NCBI GenBank assembly: GCA_964567855.1
Contig: CAZMOE010000005.1
Location: forward strand, 16,150 to 80,149
DNA: 64,000 nucleotides
Direction of reading: 5' to 3'
DNA from: an uncultured Prevotellaceae bacterium
Lineage (GTDB): Bacteria; Bacteroidota; Bacteroidia; Bacteroidales; UBA3663
In this document: positions 35,720 through 45,380 of the stretch, in pieces
Layout of the letters: each line of letters starts with the position of its first letter
How positions within the stretch are numbered: position 1 is the first letter of the stretch
Position numbers and translations under genes: made by a program
Notes under the pieces: generated by a model
The model's database searches: none
Told to the model about the DNA's origin: nothing
The model's input: only the letters and a program-made list of their open reading frames with translations

Positions 35720-38700
35720 ATGTTATACGTCTATCGTGCTTCTGCCGGTTCCGGCAAAACTCATTTACTGACCGGATTCTATCTGAAACTTCTTTTCCGT
35801 AAGGATTTGGCCGTTCCGGAGATAGGGCGTCCTGCTCTTTTCAAAGAGATTCTGGCTGTCACTTTCACCAATAAGGCTACGGCCGAGATGAAGAGCCGCA
35901 TCATCGAGGAGTTGGAGCTGTTGAGCCGCCGGCCGTCGGACTCCGATTACTATCCTGAACTGAATCCCGGAGAGGCGGAGCCTGAAGAGGTGATCAGGAA
36001 GCGGGCCGCAACCATTATGAACCGCTTGCTCAATGATTATACGGATTTCAACATCAGTACGATCGACAGCTTCTTTCAACGTATTGTCCGCTCGTTTGCC
36101 CGTGAGCTGAATTTGCAGGGTAATTATGAAATCGAGCTCGACGCTTCCAGGATATTGGAGGCGGCTGTCAATTCTTTTGTCAACAAACTGGACAGAGATA
36201 CCGATAAAGAGCTTTTCGACTGGATGCTGAGCTTCTCCCGCGAACGTATCAGCGAAGGAAGCAGCTGGGATTTCAAGCGCGAGTTACTTGCCATGGCCCA
36301 GGTGTTGGTTTCGGAAGAGTATCGTCGTTACAGCGATCGTATCTGTGCTTTTACGGAAGATAAAAAGGCCCTCAAAGAATATACCGGTGTCGTGAAAAGG
36401 AAGATTCATGACTTTCGTGCCGCTTTAAAAAAACAGGGAGAAGAGGGGCTGGCATTGTTGGGGCGCTACGGCCTTGCGCCGGACGATTTCTCGCGCGGCA
36501 GCGGCAGTGCCGTGGCTATTTTGAGCGTTTGGGCTCAGGGTATCGTCAAGGAGCCGACCGCCACATTATATAAATGGGCCGAAAATGCCGACGGCTGGTT
36601 TGCGAAAACCAGCAAACTGCATGGCAAACTTCCTCAAGAGGCCACCGATGCCATTCTCGGCATGCTGCAGAATGCGGTCGCTCTTTTTGGTGACGACTAT
36701 CGCGATTTTCTTTCCGCTCAGGCGATTCTGCAAAATATCTACCAGTTGGGTATTCTTGCCGACATCGACCGCGAAATGCGCGAATATTGTGCCGAACAGG
36801 GGCTCATGCTTCTGTCCGGTACCACCGAATTGCTGAATCGTCTGGTCGATGCGGACAGTTCCCCGTTCATTTATGAAAAAATAGGGACACGGATCCGGCA
36901 TTTCATGATTGACGAGTTTCAGGATACTTCCGGGATGCAATGGGAGAATTTTAAGCCTTTGCTCAGCAATGCGCTGGCCGAGGGAAGCCACAATCTGATT
37001 GTGGGCGATGTCAAGCAGAGCATCTATCGCTGGCGGGGATCCGACTGGGGATTGCTTCATTCCGGCCTTGATAACTATGAAACGGCTTTGCGTCGCGACG
37101 ATAACACGACGTTGCGCACCAATTGGCGTTCCGCGTCTGAAATCATCCGCTTTAACAACGACTTTTTCCGTCTTGCCTCCGGGAAACTGGAAGGAGCGAT
37201 CAACGCAGAATGTGAGAGCCCGGGACATGACATTACCCGGATATATTCCGATGTCGCGCAGCAGGTTCCTTCACGTCGCCGGCAGCAAGGCGAGGGGCTG
37301 GTTCATGTCGAGTTTGTGGAGGGCGAGACGGTAACACAGCAGAGGGAGGCCGCCATGGAACGCCTGCCGGAATTGATCATCGAATTGGAGAAAAATGGTT
37401 ATGAGCCACGGGATATTGCTATATTGGGACGCCGCAAAGACATCTGTGCGCAGTCGGTCGAGACATTGTTGCGCTATAAGGAAGAGCATCCGGAGTCTCC
37501 CTACTGTATGGATATTATTTCCAACGAAGCCCTGCTGCTTTCCTCACGCCCGGTGATCCAGACTTTGGTGGGCTTGTTACAACACATCAATAACCCGGAG
37601 TCGGAAATCATCCGGGCCATGGCGGCGGCAAACTATTTCCAGCTTTCCGGCTGTACGATGAGCGAGGCTTTGCAACGGTATTTTGAAAATCCGGAGATTC
37701 ATCCGCGCCTCAGGGAGATTGCATCCCGTCCTATTTATGAGATGGTGGAGGAGCTGATCGCTATCCTTCCGTCGGCGGCTGTCGCGGGGATATCGGATAA
37801 CCGGAGCGGGGATGCGGTCGTGAATGATGACGTGCCGTTTCTGGAGGCATTCCGTGATCTGGTGCTGGAATTCATTCACGGACGGACTCCGAACCTTCCT
37901 GCGTTTCTGGAATGGTGGGAAGAGTATGGGATCGGGAAATCCATTGCCACGCCGGCCGATCAGAATGCCATCCGGGTCATGACTATTCATCAGGCAAAGG
38001 GACTGGGCATGCCGGCCGTGATTATTCCGTTCGCCTCATGGCCTATGGATATCAAAGCGAGGGCTTCCGATTTGCTATGGTGCGAGCCTAAGGAGGGGGG
38101 ATTCGCCCGTGACAATCTGGTGCTGCCCATCAGATTGTCGAAGGAGCTTCCCCGGACGATTTTCCATCGGGAATATGAGGAAGAGAGGCTTCGCACGATG
38201 ATTGATAACCTTAATACGGCCTATGTAGCCTTTACCCGTCCCAAAGAGGCACTGATTATGCTGGCGCCGACGCCTGCTAAAAAGGCGGAAACTACCTTAG
38301 AGCGTCTTATTGCCGATTACGCCGGGCAGGATACGGGCATTTTTACCAATGGTCTCTGGGCCCGGTCCGGCGATTCGCTTCGTAACAAGGTAGCCTCTTC
38401 TTCCGGCGTGTCGTCAAGTGACGATCATGGTCGTAAGGGTGCTTCCCGCATTTCGGGAAGCGGTTCCGATTCTGTTCGAGGTGAATTCCGTTTGCCGCGC
38501 CTCAGTCTCAAACAAAGTCGTCTGAAGAAAGAGGATGAGAAGATCCGCCGCGGCAATTGCATTCATACCGCTCTTTCTGCCGTTACGACTGTCCGGGATG
38601 TGGACTGGCGTATCGATGTGCTTTATAACCAGGGCCTGCTGGATGAAACTCTGATCGGGCGCGGGGAGATGAAAAAAATGCTTTATGACCTGGTTCGCCT

Positions 38701-38968
38701 GCCCGAGGCGGCCGATTGGTTCGGGGAGGAAAATACGGTCCTGAATGAACAGACGATTCTCTGCGACAATGACGATGTAAAACGCCCGGACCGCATCGTG
38801 ATGCGCCCCGACGGGACGGTTATCGTGATCGATTATAAGACCGGACAGGAGCGGAGCGGTTATCGGGCACAGGTACGGACCTACATGAAATTGTTGTCGG
38901 CAATGGGATTCGGTTCCGTAAGAGGATATCTCTGGTATATAGATACCGGCAAGATCGAGGCCGTGTGA
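35720..38968 (+). CDS. UvrD/AddA-like helicase with a C-terminal PD-(D/E)XK nuclease domain
   Basis: 1082 aa. Walker A (ASAGSGKTH), helicase motifs (TFTNKATAEM, IDEFQDTS, VGDVKQSIYRWRGSD, TIHQAKGL, VAFTRPKE), and C-terminal nuclease motifs (CIHTALS; RPDRIV...VIDYKTG). Confidence 0.88.
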   Translation: MLYVYRASAGSGKTHLLTGFYLKLLFRKDLAVPEIGRPALFKEILAVTFTNKATAEMKSRIIEELELLSRRPSDSDYYPELNPGEAEPEEVIRKRAATIMNRLLNDYTDFNISTIDSFFQRIVRSFARELNLQGNYEIELDASRILEAAVNSFVNKLDRDTDKELFDWMLSFSRERISEGSSWDFKRELLAMAQVLVSEEYRRYSDRICAFTEDKKALKEYTGVVKRKIHDFRAALKKQGEEGLALLGRYGLAPDDFSRGSGSAVAILSVWAQGIVKEPTATLYKWAENADGWFAKTSKLHGKLPQEATDAILGMLQNAVALFGDDYRDFLSAQAILQNIYQLGILADIDREMREYCAEQGLMLLSGTTELLNRLVDADSSPFIYEKIGTRIRHFMIDEFQDTSGMQWENFKPLLSNALAEGSHNLIVGDVKQSIYRWRGSDWGLLHSGLDNYETALRRDDNTTLRTNWRSASEIIRFNNDFFRLASGKLEGAINAECESPGHDITRIYSDVAQQVPSRRRQQGEGLVHVEFVEGETVTQQREAAMERLPELIIELEKNGYEPRDIAILGRRKDICAQSVETLLRYKEEHPESPYCMDIISNEALLLSSRPVIQTLVGLLQHINNPESEIIRAMAAANYFQLSGCTMSEALQRYFENPEIHPRLREIASRPIYEMVEELIAILPSAAVAGISDNRSGDAVVNDDVPFLEAFRDLVLEFIHGRTPNLPAFLEWWEEYGIGKSIATPADQNAIRVMTIHQAKGLGMPAVIIPFASWPMDIKARASDLLWCEPKEGGFARDNLVLPIRLSKELPRTIFHREYEEERLRTMIDNLNTAYVAFTRPKEALIMLAPTPAKKAETTLERLIADYAGQDTGIFTNGLWARSGDSLRNKVASSSGVSSSDDHGRKGASRISGSGSDSVRGEFRLPRLSLKQSRLKKEDEKIRRGNCIHTALSAVTTVRDVDWRIDVLYNQGLLDETLIGRGEMKKMLYDLVRLPEAADWFGEENTVLNEQTILCDNDDVKRPDRIVMRPDGTVIVIDYKTGQERSGYRAQVRTYMKLLSAMGFGSVRGYLWYIDTGKIEAV

Positions 38969-39010
38969 GTCTCCAGGCCGTCCGGGCGTCTGCGCAGGAA
39001 ATCGGCCGGA

Positions 39011-39778
39011 TCAGTCGATTTTCTTGATCAGCAGTTCTTGCAGGCGGTTGGTCGAAAGGTTCCTGTAGAGTTTTGAACGATAGGCAAGTGTGATGCCCCC
39101 GGTCTCTTCGGAGACCACGACCACTTTTGCATCGGAAACCTCAGCTAGGCCGAGAGCCGAGCGATGGCGCAGGCCGCAAGCTTTGGGAATGTGGGGATCA
39201 TGTGAAACAGGCAGGATACATGATGCTGCCACGATGCGGTCTCCGGCCACGATCATGGCACCGTCGTGTAGCGGGCTGTTCTTGAAAAATATATTTTCTA
39301 TGAGGCGGGTTGACACGATGGCGTCGATATGGTCGCCGGTGGAGCTGAAACGGCTGAGGTCGTCGAGTTGTCGGATGACGATAAGGGCTCCCAGCTTCTG
39401 CTCGGACATGTTTTTACAGGCCAGCACTATGCGGTCTATCGTCTGGTGGGCATCTTCTTCTTTGATTTGTGCCTTATTGAAGAAGCGAAGGATGGAATGC
39501 CATTGGCGACGGGATCCGACCCGGATAAGCATCTGCCGGATTTCTTCCTGAAAGATGATGACGAGGGCTACGGCACCCACACTGAAAACCTGGTCCATGA
39601 TAGAGCCTAACAGGCGCATTCTGAATACTTGAGAAACTAAAATCCAGAATAATATCAGTGAAATAATGCCTGTGAAAATCGTGATGGTGCCGCTTTGTTT
39701 CATCATCTTGTAAAGATAGAAAAGCAAAATGGCCACTACCAGAATGTCGATAAAATCTTTAATGCCAAAGTCCCACAC
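39011..39778 (-). CDS. cdaA: diadenylate cyclase CdaA (c-di-AMP synthase)
   Basis: 255 aa. Three N-terminal TM helices followed by a DisA_N/DAC domain (GALIVI, SPLHDGAMIV, GLRHRSALGLAEVSDAKVVVVSEETG). Confidence 0.92.
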   Translation of the reverse strand: MWDFGIKDFIDILVVAILLFYLYKMMKQSGTITIFTGIISLILFWILVSQVFRMRLLGSIMDQVFSVGAVALVIIFQEEIRQMLIRVGSRRQWHSILRFFNKAQIKEEDAHQTIDRIVLACKNMSEQKLGALIVIRQLDDLSRFSSTGDHIDAIVSTRLIENIFFKNSPLHDGAMIVAGDRIVAASCILPVSHDPHIPKACGLRHRSALGLAEVSDAKVVVVSEETGGITLAYRSKLYRNLSTNRLQELLIKKID

Positions 39779-39862
39779 GGTTGTCGATATTTTTGATGGT
39801 TATTGTTATTTTCATTTTTACGAAAGTGAAAAAGGGGGCGAGGATATGATTTTCGCGTCGGT

Positions 39863-40693
39863 TTAAATGCTGTATTTTTTTACCGCTTTCCATATTTTTA
39901 CCGCTTCTACGGCCTCACGGACGTCGTGGACCCTCAAGATGTCAGCCCCCGATTGGAGAGCTAAGGTGTTGAGCACCGTCGTACCGTTGAGGGCTTGTCC
40001 TGCATCCGTGTCAAGCAGCCGGTAGATCATGCTTTTCCGCGAAATGCCTACCAAAAGTGGTAACCCGGCCATTTTTAGTGCCGGCAATCCGGCAAAAAGC
40101 CGGTAGTTTTGCTCCAATGTTTTCGCAAAACCGAAGCCAGGATCTAAAATGATCTGTCGGACTCCGGCCTGTCGTAGCCGGGCAACTTGTCCGATGAAGA
40201 ATGCCTGTATCTCGTTGATAAGATTCTCGTATCCGGTCATGTTTTGCATGGTGCGTGGTGTGCCGCGCATGTGCATTAATATATAGGGTACTTGCAGCGC
40301 GGCTGCGGTCTCGAACATCCGGCAGTCCAGTGTTCCGCCGCTGACGTCGTTGATGATCTCTGCCCCATATTCCCGGACACAACGCTCGGCGACTTCAGCC
40401 CGGAACGTGTCTATGGAAACCGGTATTCCCCGGGCCTCTTCCTTGATGATGGGCAGGGCCTGGGCCAGGCGTTCCATTTCTTCTTCGACCGAAATTTCTG
40501 TCGCGTCGGGGCGGGTGGAATAGGCCCCGACATCGATAATGTCTCCACCTTCGGCGGCGATCTGTCTGACCCGTGCGGCAATGGCTTTTTCATTGCGGCA
40601 ACGGCTATGGGCATAAAAGGAATCCGGCGTCACGTTGAGGATACCCATTACGATCGGCATTTTGCTGTCTGACAGCATGCTTTTTTTGTCCAT
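39863..40693 (-). CDS. folP: dihydropteroate synthase
   Basis: Pterin-binding motifs are present (IVMGILNVTPDSF, DIIDVGAYSTRP, INDVSGG, ILDPGFGFAK). The track ORF starts at a TTG (40723). I prefer the ATG at 40693 (MDKKSMLSDSKMPIVMG). Confidence 0.92.
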   Translation of the reverse strand: MDKKSMLSDSKMPIVMGILNVTPDSFYAHSRCRNEKAIAARVRQIAAEGGDIIDVGAYSTRPDATEISVEEEMERLAQALPIIKEEARGIPVSIDTFRAEVAERCVREYGAEIINDVSGGTLDCRMFETAAALQVPYILMHMRGTPRTMQNMTGYENLINEIQAFFIGQVARLRQAGVRQIILDPGFGFAKTLEQNYRLFAGLPALKMAGLPLLVGISRKSMIYRLLDTDAGQALNGTTVLNTLALQSGADILRVHDVREAVEAVKIWKAVKKYSI

Positions 40694-41650
40694 ATTGATC
40701 TGTTTATCGGCTTTGAATTGCAAAGAAACGGCAAAAATGAAATAAAAGCAAGCATTTTTATATGCTTTTTCCGCGTTTATGCTACATTATATGGAAAACT
40801 CTTTATCTTTACAGCGTAAAATATGCTATGTCTCATTTCCGGGAGCACGACGGGCAGGTTTACGTGCATAAACAATTTTTAAATGTATCAGGTTATGATC
40901 GAAACGTTCAAGGCAAAAGATACCATGTCGCAGGTTTATTGGATTGCCGTTCTTTTGACCAATATCGTTTTTGAGGTTCAGAAGATCTGGATCTGTCGAA
41001 GTTTTTGACGGGAATGTCGTGGCGGTCGAATTGATTTGATTGGCTTTTCGTTTTGTAACTCTCATTTGAATTACTTATTTCATTAACCCTTAAAAATAAA
41101 AATTATGGCTTTGAATTTTATTCTTCCTATTGGCTGGATCGTTGTTGCGATCGTGCTTTTTTCGGCATTGATTAAATGTTTCCGCTGTTGTCCTTCCGAC
41201 AAGATTTTGGTTATTTACGGAAAATCCGGTAGTAAAGGTTCTGTGAAATGTGTTTATGGCGGCTGTACATTTGTTTGGCCTATTATTCAGGATTATTCCT
41301 ATCTTAGTTTGACTCCGATCTCTATCGAGGCTAATCTGACCAATGTGCTCAATCGTCAGAACATCCGTGTCGATGTGTCATGTCTATTCATAGTCGGTAT
41401 CTCTACGGAAGCGGACTCTATGAACAACGCTGCAGAGCATTTGTTGGGACTTCCCGCTTCGGACATCCAGAAAATGGCGCGGGATATTCTTCTCGCTCAG
41501 CTTCGTCCCGTTATCGCCTCTATGAGTATCGAAGAATTGGACTCCGGTCGCGATAAATTCCAGGAGAATATCATGAAGAACGCAGAGATAGAGCTGAAAA
41601 AGATCGGTTTGAAGCTCATCAATATGAACGTTACCGATATCAAGGACAGA
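40478..41650. repeat. tandem segmental duplication, copy 1 (folP 5' end + intergenic + NfeD remnant + flotillin 5' part)
   Basis: Collinear with 41656-43250 by my own by-eye alignment. Divergence is roughly 10-15% in the parts I compared, with about 420 bp internally deleted inside the NfeD-like gene. Confidence 0.85.
40883..41039 (+). pseudogene. NfeD-like gene remnant (internal deletion and frameshift)
   Basis: Its 5' end (ATGTATCAGGTTATGATCGAAACGTTCAAGGCA...CAGGTTTATTGGATTGC) and 3' end (...GTCGAATTGATTTGA) match the intact copy at 42064-42639, but the middle ~420 bp are missing. The reading frame stops at 41006-41008. Confidence 0.75.
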
Positions 41651-41671
41651 TCTGGTATTCTTTCTCGGTAA
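41105..41671 (+). pseudogene. truncated flotillin/SPFH paralogue (N-terminal 180 aa, then junction-derived tail)
   Basis: 188 aa, about 85% identical to residues 1-181 of the 462-aa flotillin at 42706. It diverges at the duplication junction (...NVTDIKDRSGILSR*). Several CGN->TGN (Arg->Cys) changes separate it from the intact copy. It could still be expressed. Confidence 0.7.
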
Positions 41672-41873
41672 AGGGTTCTTTGGCGGCGGGGCAGGTGGAA
41701 CTGGTTCCGACATCGATGATGCCTCCTCCTTCGGCGGCGATCGGTCTGGCTCGTGCGACAATGGCTTTTTCATTGCGGCAATGGCTATGGGCGTAAAGGA
41801 CATCCGTAGTTGTATCGAGGAGGCCCATTACAAGTGGCGTCTTATCGTTTGATAACAGGCTTTTGGGGACTAT
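41656..41873 (-). pseudogene. folP 5' fragment created by the duplication
   Basis: The translation ...YAHSHCRNEKAIVARARPIAAEGGGIIDVGTSSTCPA parallels folP ...YAHSRCRNEKAIAARVRQIAAEGGDIIDVGAYSTRPDA. The position equivalent to the folP ATG (cat at 40691-40693) reads tat at 41871-41873. Confidence 0.8.
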
Positions 41874-42063
41874 ATTGATCTGTTTATCGTCTTTAAGACG
41901 CAGAGAAATGGCGAAAATGAAATAAAAACAAGCATTTTTTTATGCTTTTTGAACTTTTATGTTACAATGTGTGATAAAATTCTTTATCTTTACAGCGTAA
42001 AACAGGCCATGCTGCAATTCCCTGGAGCAGACAAGCCGGTTTTATTATAAAGAACTTTTTTAA

Positions 42064-42639
42064 ATGTATTTTGTTATGATCGAAGCATTCAAGGCAATGG
42101 ATACTATGTTGCAGGTCTATTGGATTGCGGCTCTCTTAGCGAGTGTAGTTTTTGTGGTCCAGGCCATAGGTACTTTTATCGGTTTTGACGCCGATACCGA
42201 TTTCGATGGCGGCGATATGGATTTTGATACCGATGGTTTTAATTTGGTTTCAGTCAAGACGATTGTTTGTTTCATTCTTGGTTTCGGATGGACCGGTGTT
42301 TTGTATTACGACTCGGTCGAAAGCCTTTGGCTTCTTAACCTGATGGCTTGCGGCGTCGGCCTGGTGTTTATGTTTATCATTGCGCTTTTGCTGCGTCAGA
42401 TGATGAAATTGACACAGGACAACTCATTCCGAATCATTACAACGGTTGGTAAGACCGCCGAAGTTTATCTGCGTATTCCGGCCGCTAAAGGCGATACCGG
42501 TAAGATCACTGTCAGCGTAGACGGATCTGTCCATGAACTGGAGGCTATTACCAATGGCGATGCCGACATTCCGACCGGAAGCAGGGTCCGTATTGTCGAG
42601 ACCGTGGATGAAAATACAGTAGTCGTCGAATTGATTTGA
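42064..42639 (+). CDS. NfeD-like membrane protein (TM helices plus C-terminal OB-fold)
   Basis: 191 aa. Hydrophobic N-terminal and central helices, then a C-terminal beta-rich segment (GKTAEVYLRIPAAKGDTGKITVSVDGSVHELEAITNGDADIPTGSRVRIVE). It lies immediately upstream of a flotillin gene, the classic NfeD-SPFH pairing. Confidence 0.7.
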   Translation: MYFVMIEAFKAMDTMLQVYWIAALLASVVFVVQAIGTFIGFDADTDFDGGDMDFDTDGFNLVSVKTIVCFILGFGWTGVLYYDSVESLWLLNLMACGVGLVFMFIIALLLRQMMKLTQDNSFRIITTVGKTAEVYLRIPAAKGDTGKITVSVDGSVHELEAITNGDADIPTGSRVRIVETVDENTVVVELI

Positions 42640-42705
42640 TTGGCTTTTCGTTTTGTAACTCTCATTTGAATTACTTATTTCATTAACCCTTAAAAAATAA
42701 AAATT

Positions 42706-44094
42706 ATGGATTTGAATTTCATTCTTCCTATTGGCGGGATTGTTGTTGCGATCGTGCTTTTTTCAGCATTGATTAAACGTTTCCGCCGTTGTCCTTCCGA
42801 CAAGATTTTGGTCATTTACGGAAAGGCAGGAAAAGGTTCTGCGAAGTGTATTCACGGTGGCGGTTCTTTTGTATGGCCTATTATTCAGGATTATTCCTAT
42901 CTTAGTTTGACTCCGATTTCCATCGAGGCCAATTTGACCAGTGCGCTCAGTCGCCAGAATATCCGTGTCGATGTGCCTTGCCGTTTCACGGTTGGTATTT
43001 CGACCGAAGCCGACTCCATGAATAATGCCGCCGAGCGTTTGCTGGGTCTTTCGGCTACGGATATCCAGGAAATGGCGCGGGATATTCTGTTCGGTCAGCT
43101 TCGTCTCGTTATCGCCTCTATGAGTATCGAGGAATTGAACTCAGATCGTGACAAATTCCAGGAGAATATCAAGAAAAACGTCGAGATCGAGTTGAAAAAA
43201 ATCGGCTTGAAGCTCATCAACGTGAATGTAACCGATATTAAGGATGAGTCCGGATATATCGAGGCGCTTGGTCGCGAGGCTGCCGCCAAGGCGATCAACG
43301 AAGCCAAGGTGAGCGTGGCAGAACAGGATAAAATTGGTGAGATCGGTAAGGCCGAAGCTTTGAAAGAGGCCCGTATCCGTACCTCGGAGGCTAATGCCAA
43401 GGCTATCCAGGGTGAAAATGCGGCTAAAGTGGAAATTGCCAATTCCGATTCTTTGCGCCGTGAAAAGGAGGCCGAGGCTCAACGTCGTGCCATCGCCGCG
43501 GAAAAGGTTCAGCAAGCCAAGGCATTGGAAGAGGCCTATGCGGCAGAAAAAGAAGCTGAGTTGGCCCGTGCCGAGCGTGAACGTTCAACACAACAGGCCA
43601 ACGTGATTGTGCCTCAGGAAATCGAGAAACGCAGAAAGATTATCGAAGCCGAAGCTGAAGCCGAGAAGAAACGTGTAAATGCAAAAGGTGAGGCCGATGC
43701 TATTTTCGCTAAGATGGAGGCAGAAGCAAAGGGTCTCTATGAAATTCTGACTAAGCAGGCTGACGGTTACGACCGGATGATCCAGGCCGCAGGCGGAGAT
43801 GCTACCAAGGCCTATACGCTGCTTTTGCTTGAGAAGTTGCCGGATCTTGTGAAGACTCAGGTTGAAGCCATTAAGGGCATTAACATCGATAAGGTTACTG
43901 TTTGGGACAGCGGTAGCAGTGCGGACGGCAAAGGTTCAACGGCTAATTTTTTAAGCGGTCTGATGAAGTCTGTTCCTCCGTTGAATGAGCTTTTCGAGCA
44001 GGCCGGCATGAACCTTCCGGAATATCTCGGTAAGAAAGAGGAAGTCGTAGAGGCCGAAGAGGTGCCTACAGCAACCGGTTATAGTAAGAAATAA
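42706..44094 (+). CDS. flotillin-family SPFH/Band-7 protein
   Basis: 462 aa. N-terminal TM helix, SPFH domain, then a long Ala/Glu/Lys-rich coiled-coil (EAEAQRRAIAAEKVQQAKALEEAYAAEKEAELARAERE...) and a flotillin C-terminal region. Confidence 0.9.
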   Translation: MDLNFILPIGGIVVAIVLFSALIKRFRRCPSDKILVIYGKAGKGSAKCIHGGGSFVWPIIQDYSYLSLTPISIEANLTSALSRQNIRVDVPCRFTVGISTEADSMNNAAERLLGLSATDIQEMARDILFGQLRLVIASMSIEELNSDRDKFQENIKKNVEIELKKIGLKLINVNVTDIKDESGYIEALGREAAAKAINEAKVSVAEQDKIGEIGKAEALKEARIRTSEANAKAIQGENAAKVEIANSDSLRREKEAEAQRRAIAAEKVQQAKALEEAYAAEKEAELARAERERSTQQANVIVPQEIEKRRKIIEAEAEAEKKRVNAKGEADAIFAKMEAEAKGLYEILTKQADGYDRMIQAAGGDATKAYTLLLLEKLPDLVKTQVEAIKGINIDKVTVWDSGSSADGKGSTANFLSGLMKSVPPLNELFEQAGMNLPEYLGKKEEVVEAEEVPTATGYSKK

Positions 44095-44117
44095 AGTATT
44101 TATTGACTGAAAAGAGA

Positions 44118-44145
44118 AGGCGGGATATTTTGTCCCGCCTTTTTG
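44118..44145 (+). terminator. rho-independent terminator after the flotillin gene
   Basis: Stem aggcggga / tcccgcct followed by TTTTT. Confidence 0.75.
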
Positions 44146-44364
44146 TATCTGACCGGTCGTTTTTTTATGGACGGATTCTAATTTCAGGAAATAGCTGCCA
44201 TTTCTGCCGGATTTTTATTCTCTGGGTCGGGTACGGATGCCGTTTCTTTTCTATAATGTGTTTGCAATAATGAAGAATGAGCATCTTTTTGGCCGGTATG
44301 ATGGGGCAGTTCGTGGAAAAAACTTATCTTTGCGCTCATATTGAACTCAATAAATGAAATTACT

Positions 44365-45114
44365 ATGGCAAAACGTGTATTGATTAAGACCAGCAAGGGA
44401 AACATTATCGTCCGTTTATATGACGAGACGCCTTTGCATCGCGATAATTTTTTGAAATTGGCGGCCGAAGGATATTATGACGGAACGTTATTTCATCGCG
44501 TGATTAAGGATTTTATGGTACAGGGGGGAGATCCTGACAGCAAGGGCGCTCCGGCCGGCAAACAGTTGGGAACTGGCGGCCCGGATTATACCGTTGCCGC
44601 TGAATTTGTCTATCCACAGCTTTTTCATAAAAAGGGAGCGTTGGCCGCTGCACGTCAGGGGGATGAAATGAATCCGGAAAAGCGTTCCAGTGGATCGCAG
44701 TTCTATATCGTCACCGGTCAGGTTTATAAAGAGGGGCAATTGGTCCAAATGGAGAAACAGATGGAGATGCAGCAGTTGCAATCTGTTTTCAACGGTCTCG
44801 TGGCAGAGCATCGTGATGAGATTCTGACTTTGCGCAAGAATCGCGATCAGGCAGGATTACAGGCTTTGCAGGAAAAATTGGAGAAAGAAACCTATGCTCG
44901 TGGCGAGAAGATGGGCACACCCAAGATGACGCCAGAACAGCGTGAGGCTTATACGACTATCGGTGGAGCTCCGTTCCTTGATAATCAGTATACTGTTTTC
45001 GGCGAGGTTGAAGAGGGACTTGAGGTGGTCGATGCCATTCAGCAGGTTGCAACTGCGCCGGGTGATCGTCCCAAAGAGGATGTTTCCATGTCTATGGAGG
45101 TATTGCCTGACTGA
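44365..45114 (+). CDS. cyclophilin-type peptidyl-prolyl cis-trans isomerase (with a helical insertion)
   Basis: I prefer the ATG at 44365 (MAKRVLIKTSKGNIIVRLYDETPLHRDNFLKLAAEGYYDGTLFHRVIKDFMVQGGDP), with SQFYIV and YTVFGEV motifs. An insert of about 80 aa lies between them. Confidence 0.9.
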   Translation: MAKRVLIKTSKGNIIVRLYDETPLHRDNFLKLAAEGYYDGTLFHRVIKDFMVQGGDPDSKGAPAGKQLGTGGPDYTVAAEFVYPQLFHKKGALAAARQGDEMNPEKRSSGSQFYIVTGQVYKEGQLVQMEKQMEMQQLQSVFNGLVAEHRDEILTLRKNRDQAGLQALQEKLEKETYARGEKMGTPKMTPEQREAYTTIGGAPFLDNQYTVFGEVEEGLEVVDAIQQVATAPGDRPKEDVSMSMEVLPD

Positions 45115-45230
45115 AAAGAGATCGTTTACTGTTGATTCCGGCCCATTTTCATATAAACCATGGCGTCGGATTTTCGGGCCGTCTTTCCGGTTATCATGAA
45201 AGAGGGCCCGGCTGGAAATCAGATAGGAAA

Positions 45231-45264
45231 GCGATGGATGTTCCGGATCCGGGACATCCATCGC
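45231..45264 (+). terminator. stem-loop downstream of the PPIase gene (possible terminator)
   Basis: Perfect 11-bp stem gcgatggatgt / acatccatcgc, 12-nt loop, weak T tract (ttgtt). Confidence 0.4.
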
Positions 45265-45343
45265 TTGTTCGGTAAGAGGGTCCTGTTGTTATAAGAAAAA
45301 TTAAAAAAACGTCCGGATACCGGTTTTATATCGGCAAAAAAGC

Positions 45344-45351
45344 TACTTTTG
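45344..45351 (+). promoter_or_regulatory. candidate -7 box (TACTTTTG) for the TonB-dependent receptor/HMA operon
   Basis: Matches TAnnTTTG 30 nt upstream of the GTG start at 45381. Only a degenerate -33 (GTTTTA) was seen. Confidence 0.4.
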
Positions 45352-45380
45352 CAATTTAAAATGGAAAAGGTGAAAGTATT

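Larger units (their letters stand above)
41656..43250. repeat. tandem segmental duplication, copy 2 (folP fragment + intergenic + intact NfeD-like gene + flotillin 5' part)
   Basis: See copy 1. The junction with copy 1 lies at about 41650-41656. Confidence 0.85.

Noticed and set aside
40762-41065. The 70-aa plus-strand ORF (40762-40974), the 79-aa minus-strand ORF (40826-41065) and its twin at 42465-42665 (MRVTKRKANQINST...).
   Set aside because: They overlap the NfeD remnant, the intact NfeD-like gene or the conserved spacer in other frames. The shared N-terminus simply reflects the duplicated spacer sequence.
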